Of a stretch of DNA of 64,000 nt, positions 7,782-16,727 are shown piece after piece. The notes under the pieces are model-generated. The model was not told where the DNA came from, made no database searches, and was given only the letters and a program-made list of their open reading frames with translations. This DNA is from an uncultured Ruminococcus sp. (GTDB taxonomy: Bacteria > Bacillota > Clostridia > Oscillospirales > Acutalibacteraceae), in assembly GCA_902764235.1 (NCBI GenBank), contig CACWVH010000002.1, positions 8,766 to 72,765 on the forward strand, in the 5' to 3' direction. Each line of letters starts with the position of its first letter. The first letter of the stretch is position 1. Made by a program: the position numbers and the translations under genes.

Positions 7782-8957
7782 TCAGAAATATCTTAAAGCG
7801 TCTACTGGATCCAGTTCAGAAGCTTTTATAGCCGGATATATCCCGAAGGCTGTACCGGACACTACTGTAAAACCAATGATTAAAGCTATTATACCAATAT
7901 TAAATTCAAGTGTCAATCCAAACAATATAGATATTATATATGAAATGACCATACCGGAAAGGATTCCGGAAAGACATCCGATAAGACTGATTATTGCTGC
8001 TATGATAAGAAACTCTGATATAATGTCTTTTCTTCTGGCTCCCAGTGCTTTTTTAATTCCTATTTCTCTGGTTTTTTCTTTTACATTTACAAGCATTATA
8101 TTCATTGTATTTATTCCGGCAACTATCAGTGAAATACCGCCGACTGCTGACAGGACTATTGTAAAAATTATGATAATATTATCAAGATCATCTTTTTGCT
8201 TTGAGAGATCATTGATTCTGTAATCCGTCTTTGTTTTTAGATTACCTGTTATATATCTGATAATACTATCAGCAGTTTTTTCAGCATCATATTGATCGTT
8301 TAAATCAACAATTATCTGTGAAAAATTTGTCTCTGAAAAATCATTCTGAACTGTACTGTACGGAACATATATAAAATTCGGAATATAGCTGCCCATTACA
8401 TTCTGAAGGATACCACTGCCTGTTTTTATTATCCCGATTATTTTATATTTTTCATTTTTTGACCCGCTTCTTATAACGATCGTTTTTCCGACTCTTGAAT
8501 AGCTGTCTTCTGCAAGTTTTTCATCTATAATGCACACTCTTGATTCTGAGGCAATATCTCCGGAATTAAAGAACCTCCCGTTTAATAATTTCAAAGATAT
8601 AGTTTTATCTGCTTCATTATCTATCCCCCACAAGCATATAGTTTTTTTATCATTGTTCATGTACATTTCAGTTGTTTCTATCATCAGCGGAACTGCCGAT
8701 CTGACGTATGACAGTGTTTTTATCTCATTCAGCTCATTAACGCTCAAAGGTGCATCAGAACCAACACTGCTGAGTGATATACCATTGATACCCAGACTGT
8801 TGATTTCATTATTCAGTGCCTGGTGACCCATATCCGCAATATTAATTGTTACTATTACCGCACATACACCTACTGCAATACTGAAAAAAGTTAGCAATGC
8901 CCTGGATTTATTTACAAATATATTCTTTATTGATTTAATATATATTTCAAGCATCAT
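7782..8957 (-). CDS. ABC transporter permease, MacB/FtsX family (no ATPase domain)
   Basis: 391 aa. An N-terminal TM helix is followed by a large extracytoplasmic domain and three C-terminal TM helices carrying the FtsX-type KALGARRKDI motif. It overlaps the upstream adaptor gene by 4 nt. Confidence 0.85.
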   Translation of the reverse strand: MMLEIYIKSIKNIFVNKSRALLTFFSIAVGVCAVIVTINIADMGHQALNNEINSLGINGISLSSVGSDAPLSVNELNEIKTLSYVRSAVPLMIETTEMYMNNDKKTICLWGIDNEADKTISLKLLNGRFFNSGDIASESRVCIIDEKLAEDSYSRVGKTIVIRSGSKNEKYKIIGIIKTGSGILQNVMGSYIPNFIYVPYSTVQNDFSETNFSQIIVDLNDQYDAEKTADSIIRYITGNLKTKTDYRINDLSKQKDDLDNIIIIFTIVLSAVGGISLIVAGINTMNIMLVNVKEKTREIGIKKALGARRKDIISEFLIIAAIISLIGCLSGILSGMVISYIISILFGLTLEFNIGIIALIIGFTVVSGTAFGIYPAIKASELDPVDALRYF

Positions 8958-9931
8958 TTATCTCCGTTTACAAGCGAAATATTAGTTCCGTCAGCTATGT
9001 CATTTTCCGGCTTTATAATTGTGTCGTTTTCCTTTAATCCTTCTGTTATCTGTACACCGTTTTTATATTCATTTCCTGGTTTTACATATGTTTTTATGGA
9101 TCTGTTTTTTTTGTATATAAAAACATAATCTCCCCTTTCATCTGAATGAATATATTCATATGGAATCATTATTATATCGTTATCAACGGAAGTAATGATT
9201 GTGCATTCAGCTGTATAACCTATTTTTAATTTGTCATCAAATTTATCAAGCTTTATAATAACTTCAACAGAGGTTTCTTTACCTGTGAGAACGCCTGTTT
9301 GTTTGGCTTCCTTTGCAATAACCGATACTGTGCCGTTATATACCTCATTGCTGATAGCCGGGAATCTGATGCGAACTGATTGTCCGGTTTTAATTTTTTC
9401 TATATAACCCTCATTTATATTTGCCTTGACACATCTTGTATTATTATCTGAGATTCTGAAAATAATGCTTCCTTTGACTGCAAAATAGTTTTCCTTATAG
9501 CTGATTGAGGTAATTATTCCGTCTGAGGGTGATCTTACTATACTTTCTTTAGCATATTTTTTTATTTCATTTGCGATATCATCACCTATTTCAGTACCGG
9601 AAACTAGCTTTAAATAATTGCTTGCATCAGGAAATGATTCTGTGATCGAAGTAATATCTGTTATTTCGTATACACTCATTACAGCTTGACCTTTTTTTAC
9701 CTTATCTCCATCGGATTGGTATATTTTATCAATGAGCATATAATTATTACTTTTTATATTTTCTTCATTCAAATACTGCAGTCGTCCGGATGTGACAACT
9801 GTATTTTCTCCTTCAGACGGTTTAAGTCTTATACCACTGACCTCCACAGCCGCATTTATTGCACTTCCTGTTGTAAAAATAATTGCAATCGACAGGATCG
9901 TTGCTATAAACAGAAGTATATACTTTTTCAT
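8954..9931 (-). CDS. Efflux transporter periplasmic adaptor (HlyD/MFP family)
   Basis: 325 aa with a signal-anchor. Lipoyl-like (GDKVKKGQAVMSV, SPSDGIITSI) and beta-barrel (GQSVRIRF.. YNGTVSVI) segments are typical of membrane-fusion proteins. Confidence 0.8.
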   Translation of the reverse strand: MKKYILLFIATILSIAIIFTTGSAINAAVEVSGIRLKPSEGENTVVTSGRLQYLNEENIKSNNYMLIDKIYQSDGDKVKKGQAVMSVYEITDITSITESFPDASNYLKLVSGTEIGDDIANEIKKYAKESIVRSPSDGIITSISYKENYFAVKGSIIFRISDNNTRCVKANINEGYIEKIKTGQSVRIRFPAISNEVYNGTVSVIAKEAKQTGVLTGKETSVEVIIKLDKFDDKLKIGYTAECTIITSVDNDIIMIPYEYIHSDERGDYVFIYKKNRSIKTYVKPGNEYKNGVQITEGLKENDTIIKPENDIADGTNISLVNGDK

Positions 9932-10001
9932 TTCGTATCATCTCCCCGTATTAGTATTTGAAAAAAAACTGTAATTATTTATTCAAGTTTATTAAAAATA
10001 A

Positions 10002-10037
10002 AAACAGCAACTCCATCTGCTGACAGAATTGCTGTTT
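10002..10037 (-). terminator. Terminator of the CBM-protein gene
   Basis: aaacagcaa / ttgctgttt hairpin. The minus strand continues TTTTTATTTTTAA. Confidence 0.6.
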
Positions 10038-10056
10038 CTTAATTTATTAATTTTTA

Positions 10057-10737
10057 TCAAGGTGTATAATCGGACCAATCGCCGCCCGGATATCTGAACT
10101 TTGTTTTCTCTACACCTCTGCCCTTTTTAGCTTCCTGGGTAAGGTCAATCTTATAAACCTGACCAGCATTTGTTTTTTCATCAAATTTCATATCCGCTGT
10201 CTGATAAGCTTCTACACCCTTCTTTACATCATCATCCGATACACCTGTATTGAAAATGATACTTGTAGCTTCTACAGGCATTACGCAGCGATAAATATCA
10301 GTATCTCCAATCTTTTCCATCTCGACTCCCGGCCAGGATGTTCCGAGATCCTGCTTACCGTCATCTGTATTAGCAGGATAAGGTTCGCCGGTAAGCTTGT
10401 TTGTAATAAGATGATAATCATCGTTCCACCAATAAGCATATACCTTTTCCCATTTTGTTTCGCTGTTATCAAAATACAGATAATCCTTGATATTCTCAGA
10501 TGAAGCTGCACCGTCATCTGCTTTGCTTTCTGAATCTCCTGAATCACTTTCAGCTACAGATTCAGCGTCTGATTCAGCATCTGCTTCGGAATCGTCAGCC
10601 TTGCTTTCAGTAGCTGCCTGCGAAGAAGCACCGGAAGCTGAAGACTCTGTTGAAGTAGACCCTCCGCTGCATCCTGCAAATGCAAAAAGAAGAGCAGAAG
10701 CAAATAATAAAGCGCTCATCCTGGTTAACTTTCTCAT
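10057..10737 (-). CDS. Lipoprotein with acidic Ser-rich linker and CBM25/26-like starch-binding module
   Basis: Lipobox LLFAFAGC|SG. The C-terminal YLYFDNSETKWEKVYAYWW..TSWPGVEMEKIGDTDIYRCVMP..IIFNTG matches the starch-binding-module pattern. I prefer the start at ATG 10737 (MRKL), 7 nt after a GGAGGT SD, because the GTG at 10755 overlaps that SD. Confidence 0.7.
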   Translation of the reverse strand: MRKLTRMSALLFASALLFAFAGCSGGSTSTESSASGASSQAATESKADDSEADAESDAESVAESDSGDSESKADDGAASSENIKDYLYFDNSETKWEKVYAYWWNDDYHLITNKLTGEPYPANTDDGKQDLGTSWPGVEMEKIGDTDIYRCVMPVEATSIIFNTGVSDDDVKKGVEAYQTADMKFDEKTNAGQVYKIDLTQEAKKGRGVEKTKFRYPGGDWSDYTP

Positions 10738-10777
10738 TGTTATTACCTCCCACAAAAATTAGTTTTTATTTAGTACA

Positions 10778-10806
10778 ATTATATCATTTATTATCACAGA
10801 TTTCAA
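10778..10806 (-). promoter_or_regulatory. Candidate promoter of the CBM-protein gene
   Basis: Minus strand reads TTGAAA, 17 nt, TATAAT, with TG at the extended -10 position (aTGaTATAAT). Confidence 0.5.
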
Positions 10807-10850
10807 TATATTTATTGAAAATCAAATAATAAAGTAAAATTTTTCAGAAG

Positions 10851-11095
10851 ATAGCCTGAGATGTTTTTTACGACAGCTTTTGTCAGTCAGCAAAAGAGGA
10901 TATTCTGAACATAGAATAAAGTGATAGCGCATTCCGACAAAGAGTCAAAACTGTTTTTGTTGTAAAGAAATTCTGTGATTAAATCAGAAATGGTTTTAGC
11001 AGTTCAGGCTTAGAAAGTTTGGCGGTGCCCGAGAAAAACTTTTTCAGACTGACAAAGATGTGAATCTCGACTCGGGCGACACGCCGGTTTTTGGA
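10851..11095. repeat. Copy A of the dispersed intergenic repeat family (two units, AT-decayed)
   Basis: 11000-11095 (cagttcaggcttagaaagtttggcggtgcccgagaaaaactttttcagactg...) aligns with 34931-35036 (cagttcagcctcaaaaaagtctggcagtacccgagtaaaacattttcagtctgg...). In addition, 10853-10999 resembles 34791-34930 at both ends. Confidence 0.7.
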
Positions 11096-11100
11096 ATATC

Positions 11101-11129
11101 TTGCAGAAATTAATACTTTATGATATAAT
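11101..11129 (+). promoter_or_regulatory. Candidate promoter of hisH-hisF
   Basis: TTGCAG, 17 nt, TATAAT, with an extended -10 TG (tGaTATAAT). It lies immediately after the repeat and 30 nt before the hisH ATG. Confidence 0.5.
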
Positions 11130-11158
11130 AAAGTATCTTATTTTTTGGAAGTGATTGT

Positions 11159-11776
11159 ATGATAGCTGTTATTGACTATGGTGCAGGAAATCTTCAGAGC
11201 GTTGTCAAAGCTTTGAAACACATAGACTGCGATTGTATCGTTACTAATAATAAAAACGATATTCTTAATTCAGATGGAGCTCTGTTACCTGGTGTAGGTT
11301 CATTCGGAGATTCGATGGACTCTATGAATAAAACGGGTACATCTGATGCAGTAATTGAATTTGTTAAAACCGGAAAGCCTTTTCTGGGTATTTGCCTTGG
11401 TTTACAGCTTCTTTTCAAAGCCAGCGAAGAAAGTCCAGATGTAAACGGACTCGGACTGCTTAAAGGAAGCATCACAAGGATTCCTTCTGATAATGGTCGG
11501 CTTAAAATCCCTCATATGGGCTGGAATTCTCTTGATATAAGAAAAAAAGATGGATTATACAAGGGAATTGATGATAATCCATATGTATATTTCGTTCACT
11601 CTTATTATCTGAAGGCTGAGGATGAAAATATTGTCTCAGCAAAAACATATTACGGTACAGCTATTGATGCGTCAGTTCAATACAAAAATATTTTTGCCAC
11701 ACAGTTTCATCCTGAAAAAAGCGGCAAGGTAGGTCTTAAAATACTCAATAATTTTGTAGAAATAACAAAGGGGTGA
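11159..11776 (+). CDS. hisH: Imidazole glycerol phosphate synthase, glutamine amidotransferase subunit
   Basis: [15 protein letters not shown].., the catalytic GICLGLQLL, and HSYY / TQFHPEKSG motifs are present. Confidence 0.93.
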   Translation: MIAVIDYGAGNLQSVVKALKHIDCDCIVTNNKNDILNSDGALLPGVGSFGDSMDSMNKTGTSDAVIEFVKTGKPFLGICLGLQLLFKASEESPDVNGLGLLKGSITRIPSDNGRLKIPHMGWNSLDIRKKDGLYKGIDDNPYVYFVHSYYLKAEDENIVSAKTYYGTAIDASVQYKNIFATQFHPEKSGKVGLKILNNFVEITKG

Positions 11777-11781
11777 CTGAT

Positions 11782-12546
11782 ATGTATGCGAAAAGAATTA
11801 TCCCTTGTCTTGATGTAAAGGATGGAAGGGTAGTAAAAGGTACGAGCTTTGTAAATCTCAGAGATGCGGGTGACCCTGTAGAATGTGCAAAGGTTTATGA
11901 TAAAGAAGGCGCAGACGAGTTGGTATTACTTGATATCACCGCTTCAAGTGATGCGAGAAATATTATGGTTGATATTGTCCGTCAGGTTGCTGACTGTGTT
12001 TTTATTCCTTTTACAGTAGGCGGTGGAATAAGAACTGTTGATGATTTTACAGCTATACTTCGTGCCGGTGCTGATAAAGTATCTGTTAATTCAGCTGCAA
12101 TCCATAATCCGGATATAATAAATGAAGCAGCATATAAATTCGGCAGTCAATGCGTTGTTACAGCAATCGATGCCAAAAGACGTGACGACCCTTCCAAGGG
12201 TTGGGATGTATATATTAATGGCGGCAGAATAAATACCGGAATCGATGCAGTCAAATGGGCTGTAGAGGCTAATAAAAGAGGTGCAGGCGAAATTCTCCTT
12301 ACCAGCATGGACTGTGATGGTGTAAAAAAGGGCTATGATCTTGAACTGACAAGAGCCGTATCTGAGAATGTCAGTATACCTGTTATTGCCTCCGGCGGTG
12401 CAGGCAGTATGGAGCATTTTTATGATGCGTTTACTAAAGGCAAGGCAGATGCCGTACTTGCAGCTTCCTTATTCCACTTCGGAGAAATATCAATAGGTGA
12501 TCTGAAGGACTATCTTACTGAAAAGGGTATTTCAGTAAGAACATGA
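11782..12546 (+). CDS. hisF: Imidazole glycerol phosphate synthase, cyclase subunit
   Basis: [18 protein letters not shown].. and [11 protein letters not shown].. are present, with classic HisF length. I prefer the ATG at 11782, 8 nt after AAGGGG; the ORF track uses the GTG at 11773. Confidence 0.93.
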   Translation: MYAKRIIPCLDVKDGRVVKGTSFVNLRDAGDPVECAKVYDKEGADELVLLDITASSDARNIMVDIVRQVADCVFIPFTVGGGIRTVDDFTAILRAGADKVSVNSAAIHNPDIINEAAYKFGSQCVVTAIDAKRRDDPSKGWDVYINGGRINTGIDAVKWAVEANKRGAGEILLTSMDCDGVKKGYDLELTRAVSENVSIPVIASGGAGSMEHFYDAFTKGKADAVLAASLFHFGEISIGDLKDYLTEKGISVRT

Positions 12547-12550
12547 TTAA

Positions 12551-12592
12551 AACCGGGATGCGAATGCTAAACGCTTTATTCGCATCCCGGTT
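12551..12592. terminator. Bidirectional terminator between hisF and the convergent CAP-domain gene
   Basis: aaccgggatgcgaat (12551-12565) pairs with attcgcatcccggtt (12578-12592). It is flanked by A-runs and T-runs. Confidence 0.8.
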
Positions 12593-12595
12593 TTT

Positions 12596-14467
12596 TCAGC
12601 TTGTGAACATCTGAGTCCAGTATTTATTGTATATGCCTATTCCTATCTTATTGAATTTAGAGCTGAGAATATTCTCTCTGTGATTCTTTGAATTCATCCA
12701 TCCGTTCATTACGCTTTTTTCATCAGGATATCCCCATGCTATATTCTCGCCGGAGGAGCTTGGGGTTTTTATTCCATATTCTTCCAAAACGCTGAAGCAT
12801 TTTGAACCGTCAGGTCTGTTGTGTGAATATGACTTTTCAAGCTCTTCTGCTCTGACATTTGCAACAAAAACAAGATTATTATCCAGCTTCAGGGAATTCA
12901 GTCCTACTTTCTTTCTTTCTGCATTGATAATCGCAAGTTCAGATGTTACAGACTGCGGAATATATGTTGTTATCTTGAAACTGGAAATCGTAGTCTTATT
13001 ATTATATTTTGTATATACAATATATGATGTGACTCCCAGATATCTGGGTCTGACTTTTATTAGTCTGTTTTCACTTGAGCTTTGTACCTTCACCCATTGT
13101 GTCGAACCAGGATTTCTGAAATATACTTCATACTTTGCTCCTCGTCCTGCATCTTTTAGTGTATAGGCAGCTGTAAGACCATACGGGTGCTTGACAGAAG
13201 CGCTGATACTGTCCTCTGTAATCTTTGCAATAGATGTGACAGAAGTTGTTTTCTCAAGCTTTTTCCCAGCTTCATCCCTGACAACACTTTTAATAGTGTA
13301 CAGACCCTTAGATGATAATTTAAGAGTAACCTTTTCTGAAGTTGAGTAATCCTTAATTGTCTTCCAGGTACCATTTGCAAGCTTGTAATAATATGCATAT
13401 TTATAGGGCATCGTACCTCCATTACCGCTTGCATTTATCGTTACAGTAGTATTCTGATCTACAAGTGAGGTTGTATTTAATGATGATGTCAGTGACAAAG
13501 CTTTATTTGTATTCTTTTTGACTATAAGATCTTTTACAATATCTGTGTTTTTTCCATTATAGTCTTTTGCTGATATCTTAATTTTGTAATAACCTGTTGC
13601 TGAAGGCTTGAAGGTCTGTTTTCCTGACTTGATATATCCGTTGATTTTTTTATAAGCTGAACCATTCAGTGAATAGTAATATACATACTGATATGGCTGA
13701 CTTCCTCCGAAGGCTTTACCGTTTAATGTTATGGTACTGCCAAGAAAAACGGAAGATGAGGACAGAGATGAACCATTTTTTATGGCCTTGCCTGTGTTAT
13801 AATTAACTGTCACTTCAAATGCTTTATCAAGAACTTTTCCGTCTTTATCCTTCATTGTACAGTGAACAGTGTAATACCCTCCATAATAAAATTTTATATC
13901 AACAGATGATGCTGAGCTATAATCCTTTACAACCTTTGTATTTCCGTACTGATCAGTATAATAGTATTTAAAGCTGTATGGTTTTGTTCCGCCGTTTCCT
14001 ATTCCTTTTACTCTTACTATTCCATATCTGTAAATCCTTGTTGAGCTTATTGTTGAATTATTTGAAGGAGAAACATATTTTTCTTTGATATTTATCTTAA
14101 TATCGCAGTAAACCTCCCTGTTATTTTTATCCTTCGCAAAAGAACGAACGGTATAATTTCCAGCCTTCGAGGCAATGAATGAACAGGTATTTGAGGTATT
14201 ATAGTTTTTCGCAGTAGTCCAGCCTCCGTTGTTTACTTTATAAATAAATTTATAATTATACGGAGCCGTTCCTCCCGAACCGGTTGCATTTACTGTAATT
14301 TTTGCTCCTTGGTATTGTGAATTAATTGAAGATGAAACACCGATTCTGATCGAGCTGGCTGCACTTGCAGTATATGAAGGAATCAGAGAGATAAGAATAA
14401 ATGAAATAAAAACAAAACTGAAAACTACAATAGCATTGATACTGATTTTTTCTTTCACTCTCAACAT
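12596..14467 (-). CDS. Secreted protein: 4-5 tandem ~95-aa Ig-like repeats plus C-terminal CAP/SCP (PR-1-like) domain
   Basis: The repeats carry GGTAPYNYKFIYK / GGTKPYSFKYYY / GGSQPYQYVYYY / GGTMPYKYAYYYK. The C-terminus AIINAERKKVGL..GENIAWGY..MNSKNHRENIL is CAP-like. I prefer the start at ATG 14467 (MLRVKEK.. signal anchor), which has an AGGGGAGG SD. Confidence 0.8.
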   Translation of the reverse strand: MLRVKEKISINAIVVFSFVFISFILISLIPSYTASAASSIRIGVSSSINSQYQGAKITVNATGSGGTAPYNYKFIYKVNNGGWTTAKNYNTSNTCSFIASKAGNYTVRSFAKDKNNREVYCDIKINIKEKYVSPSNNSTISSTRIYRYGIVRVKGIGNGGTKPYSFKYYYTDQYGNTKVVKDYSSASSVDIKFYYGGYYTVHCTMKDKDGKVLDKAFEVTVNYNTGKAIKNGSSLSSSSVFLGSTITLNGKAFGGSQPYQYVYYYSLNGSAYKKINGYIKSGKQTFKPSATGYYKIKISAKDYNGKNTDIVKDLIVKKNTNKALSLTSSLNTTSLVDQNTTVTINASGNGGTMPYKYAYYYKLANGTWKTIKDYSTSEKVTLKLSSKGLYTIKSVVRDEAGKKLEKTTSVTSIAKITEDSISASVKHPYGLTAAYTLKDAGRGAKYEVYFRNPGSTQWVKVQSSSENRLIKVRPRYLGVTSYIVYTKYNNKTTISSFKITTYIPQSVTSELAIINAERKKVGLNSLKLDNNLVFVANVRAEELEKSYSHNRPDGSKCFSVLEEYGIKTPSSSGENIAWGYPDEKSVMNGWMNSKNHRENILSSKFNKIGIGIYNKYWTQMFTS

Positions 14468-14770
14468 ATTAACGCCTCCCCTCTTTTGTTGATTTTTGCC
14501 AAATAATATCAACTTATTGTTAATAATAGTATAACACTGTTCAAATAAAAAATCAATACAGAAAAACAGACTCATTATAATCATTTTCGACTGATTGCTT
14601 GGATTACTATCTGATTTTGTCTGAAAGCAAGCTGTATAACTCAGAGTTAAAACTATTTTTAATACTTTTCTTTGTGTAAGCAGTTTTTAATAATTTCAGA
14701 AAGATTATTGATATTCTTTAAATTGTCAATAACTTCAAAAATAATAATTTTTAAATAAGAAAAAATTATA

Positions 14771-14799
14771 TGTAAATTAACGTAGAACTGTGATATAAT
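14771..14799 (+). promoter_or_regulatory. Candidate extended -10 promoter upstream of the DUF4364-like gene
   Basis: TGTAAA, 17 nt, TATAAT preceded by TGa (tgatataat). The -35 is weak. Confidence 0.3.
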
Positions 14800-14914
14800 T
14801 AATGAGTATTAATTGATTTATTGATCTGATATAAGCAGATGGAAACAACTCTTTGTTGATATTATAAAAAGTTAAAGAGTATATAAATAATCCATATATT
14901 AGGAGGTAATTTCT

Positions 14915-15511
14915 ATGGACTTTGAAGCTTTCACTGCCGGATTGGAACCGGGCGGTCTCAGAAATACAAGAGATATAGGTATTTTAATATGTTATATGCT
15001 TACAAGAATAAACAAGCCCTTCTCAAGTGAGGAATTAGTACAGATAATTCATCTTAACGGAATGGCAAATTTCTTTGACACAATGGCATCTGTAACAGAG
15101 CTTATAAAATGTAATAATATCAGGAAAACTGACGAAAACACCAATCTTATTGAAATTACAGATAACGGAAGATTAATTTCACAGCAGCTTAGCTCTGAAT
15201 TATCTTTATCTGTCAGACAAAAAGCCATTGCTGCAATTATGAAGCTTACGGAAAGGAAACAAATTGAAAAAGAGAATCCTGTAAATATTTCAAAAAATGA
15301 AAATGGCGGCTTTGATGTAAATATCCGCATAACCGATGGATTAAGAGACCTGATGTCACTTACAATTTTTGTACCTAACCTGACAGATGCAAACGCTGTG
15401 AAAAATAAGTTCTACGATAATCCTCAGAGGCTGTATTCAATTATGCTTGCAGCCGTGACCGGAGATAATAAAATGCTCGAAGAAGAAATAGAGGAAAACG
15501 AAAATGAATAA
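14915..15511 (+). CDS. DUF4364-like protein (PadR-like winged-helix N-terminus), function unknown
   Basis: 198-aa ORF with an AGGAGG SD. The N-terminal GILICYMLTRINKPFSSEELVQII looks like a wHTH recognition region, and the C-terminal tail is acidic. Confidence 0.7.
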   Translation: MDFEAFTAGLEPGGLRNTRDIGILICYMLTRINKPFSSEELVQIIHLNGMANFFDTMASVTELIKCNNIRKTDENTNLIEITDNGRLISQQLSSELSLSVRQKAIAAIMKLTERKQIEKENPVNISKNENGGFDVNIRITDGLRDLMSLTIFVPNLTDANAVKNKFYDNPQRLYSIMLAAVTGDNKMLEEEIEENENE

Positions 15512-15872
15512 TTCTATTAATTTTAAAGAAGCAGAATATTTTTATAAAAATCCCCGCTCTTTGGTTGATTATACTCAGATGCAAAGCTTCAGTCTGATTA
15601 AAAGCTGTATCGAAGTTTTTAATTACTACAATATCTTTGAGTTTACTCCGGAACAGGTCAAACATTTTTTTGAAAAAATAAATATCGTTCAGGCAAAAAA
15701 TAACCGTCCTTTTATACCTTCTGCAAAAAAAATAAGCGGCGTGATGGATTGCTGTTTACAGCCCTCAGATTGTTTTCTGGAAAAAACAGTAACAGGTTAC
15801 AAAATAGTTAAGTGGAATTCTGATGGATATAAATACGAAATCATGTATGCTAAGAATAATAAGCTTATATAA
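15504..15872 (+). CDS. Hypothetical protein, translationally coupled to the upstream gene (8-nt overlap)
   Basis: 122-aa ORF with no recognisable motif. Its start ATG lies inside the stop region of the previous gene. Confidence 0.5.
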   Translation: MNNSINFKEAEYFYKNPRSLVDYTQMQSFSLIKSCIEVFNYYNIFEFTPEQVKHFFEKINIVQAKNNRPFIPSAKKISGVMDCCLQPSDCFLEKTVTGYKIVKWNSDGYKYEIMYAKNNKLI

Positions 15873-15954
15873 TTAAATATTGTAATACACTATGCTTCAA
15901 TAACATTGAAATTTACATCTGATTCAATAATAAATAATACAATAAAATGAGCTT

Positions 15955-15980
15955 TCCCCTCCCGAAGCTTCGGGAGGGGA
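15955..15980. terminator. Bidirectional terminator (serves hpf and the convergent plus-strand operon)
   Basis: cccctcccgaagcttcgggagggg is a perfect GC-rich hairpin with T-runs on both sides. Confidence 0.8.
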
Positions 15981-16004
15981 ATAGATTTTTTATTAAATGA
16001 AAAA

Positions 16005-16544
16005 TTATACTTCAGGCTCAAGAAGACCGTATGTGCCGTTTTTACGCTTATAGACAACATTGATCTCATTACTGTTGGCATTTCTGAACATGAAAAACTC
16101 ATGACCAATCAGATTCATCTGGAGAATTGCCTCCTCAACACTCAGCGGTTTAACAGAAAATGTCTTTGTTTTTACAACAGCATAATCTTCTTCATCGAGT
16201 TCGTCCTCAACATCTGCTTCTTCATCAGCAAAATAAGCTTCAAATGAATCAGGCTTCATCTTCTTACTGAGTTTCGTTTTATTCTTTCTGATCTGACCTC
16301 CGAGTATATCTACAACTGCATCAAGAGCATCATTCATCTCAAGTGCTGTACTTTCTGCACGATACATCATACCGTTATCACGAATAGTAACTTCTACTGT
16401 CTGACGATTTTTCTCAACAGTTACTGTTACAGTTGCTTCGGCATCTTCTGAATAAATCTTTTCAAATTTTCCGAGTTTTTTGTAAACACGCTCCTTAAAA
16501 TTATCTTTCAGATTCACTTTTCTGCCAATAATGTTGTACTTCAT
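16005..16544 (-). CDS. hpf: Ribosome hibernation promoting factor, long form
   Basis: MKYNIIGRKVNL..ATVTVTVEKNRQTVEVTI.. plus the C-terminal dimerisation domain VEEAILQMNLIGHEFFMFRN..VVYKRKNGTYGLLEP. Confidence 0.92.
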   Translation of the reverse strand: MKYNIIGRKVNLKDNFKERVYKKLGKFEKIYSEDAEATVTVTVEKNRQTVEVTIRDNGMMYRAESTALEMNDALDAVVDILGGQIRKNKTKLSKKMKPDSFEAYFADEEADVEDELDEEDYAVVKTKTFSVKPLSVEEAILQMNLIGHEFFMFRNANSNEINVVYKRKNGTYGLLEPEV

Positions 16545-16727
16545 AGCTAAGCCTCCTTAGGGATTGATCTGCCTGAAACTGATAACCAGTAATCTCAATT
16601 TGATTTAAGATTATCATAATGTTTTAGGTTAACTATATTATAACACTATTAACTAAAAAATGGAATAGTTTTATGAAAATTTATGAATAAAAAATGACAA
16701 TTATTTATCAATTTTTACTATGTAAAT

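Noticed and set aside
12596-14467. Internal repeats of the CAP-domain gene as possible diversity-generating retroelement (DGR) template/variable repeats
   Set aside because: There is no reverse transcriptase gene or near-identical template repeat anywhere in the window. The repeats are diverged at all codon positions, which is consistent with ancient domain duplication.
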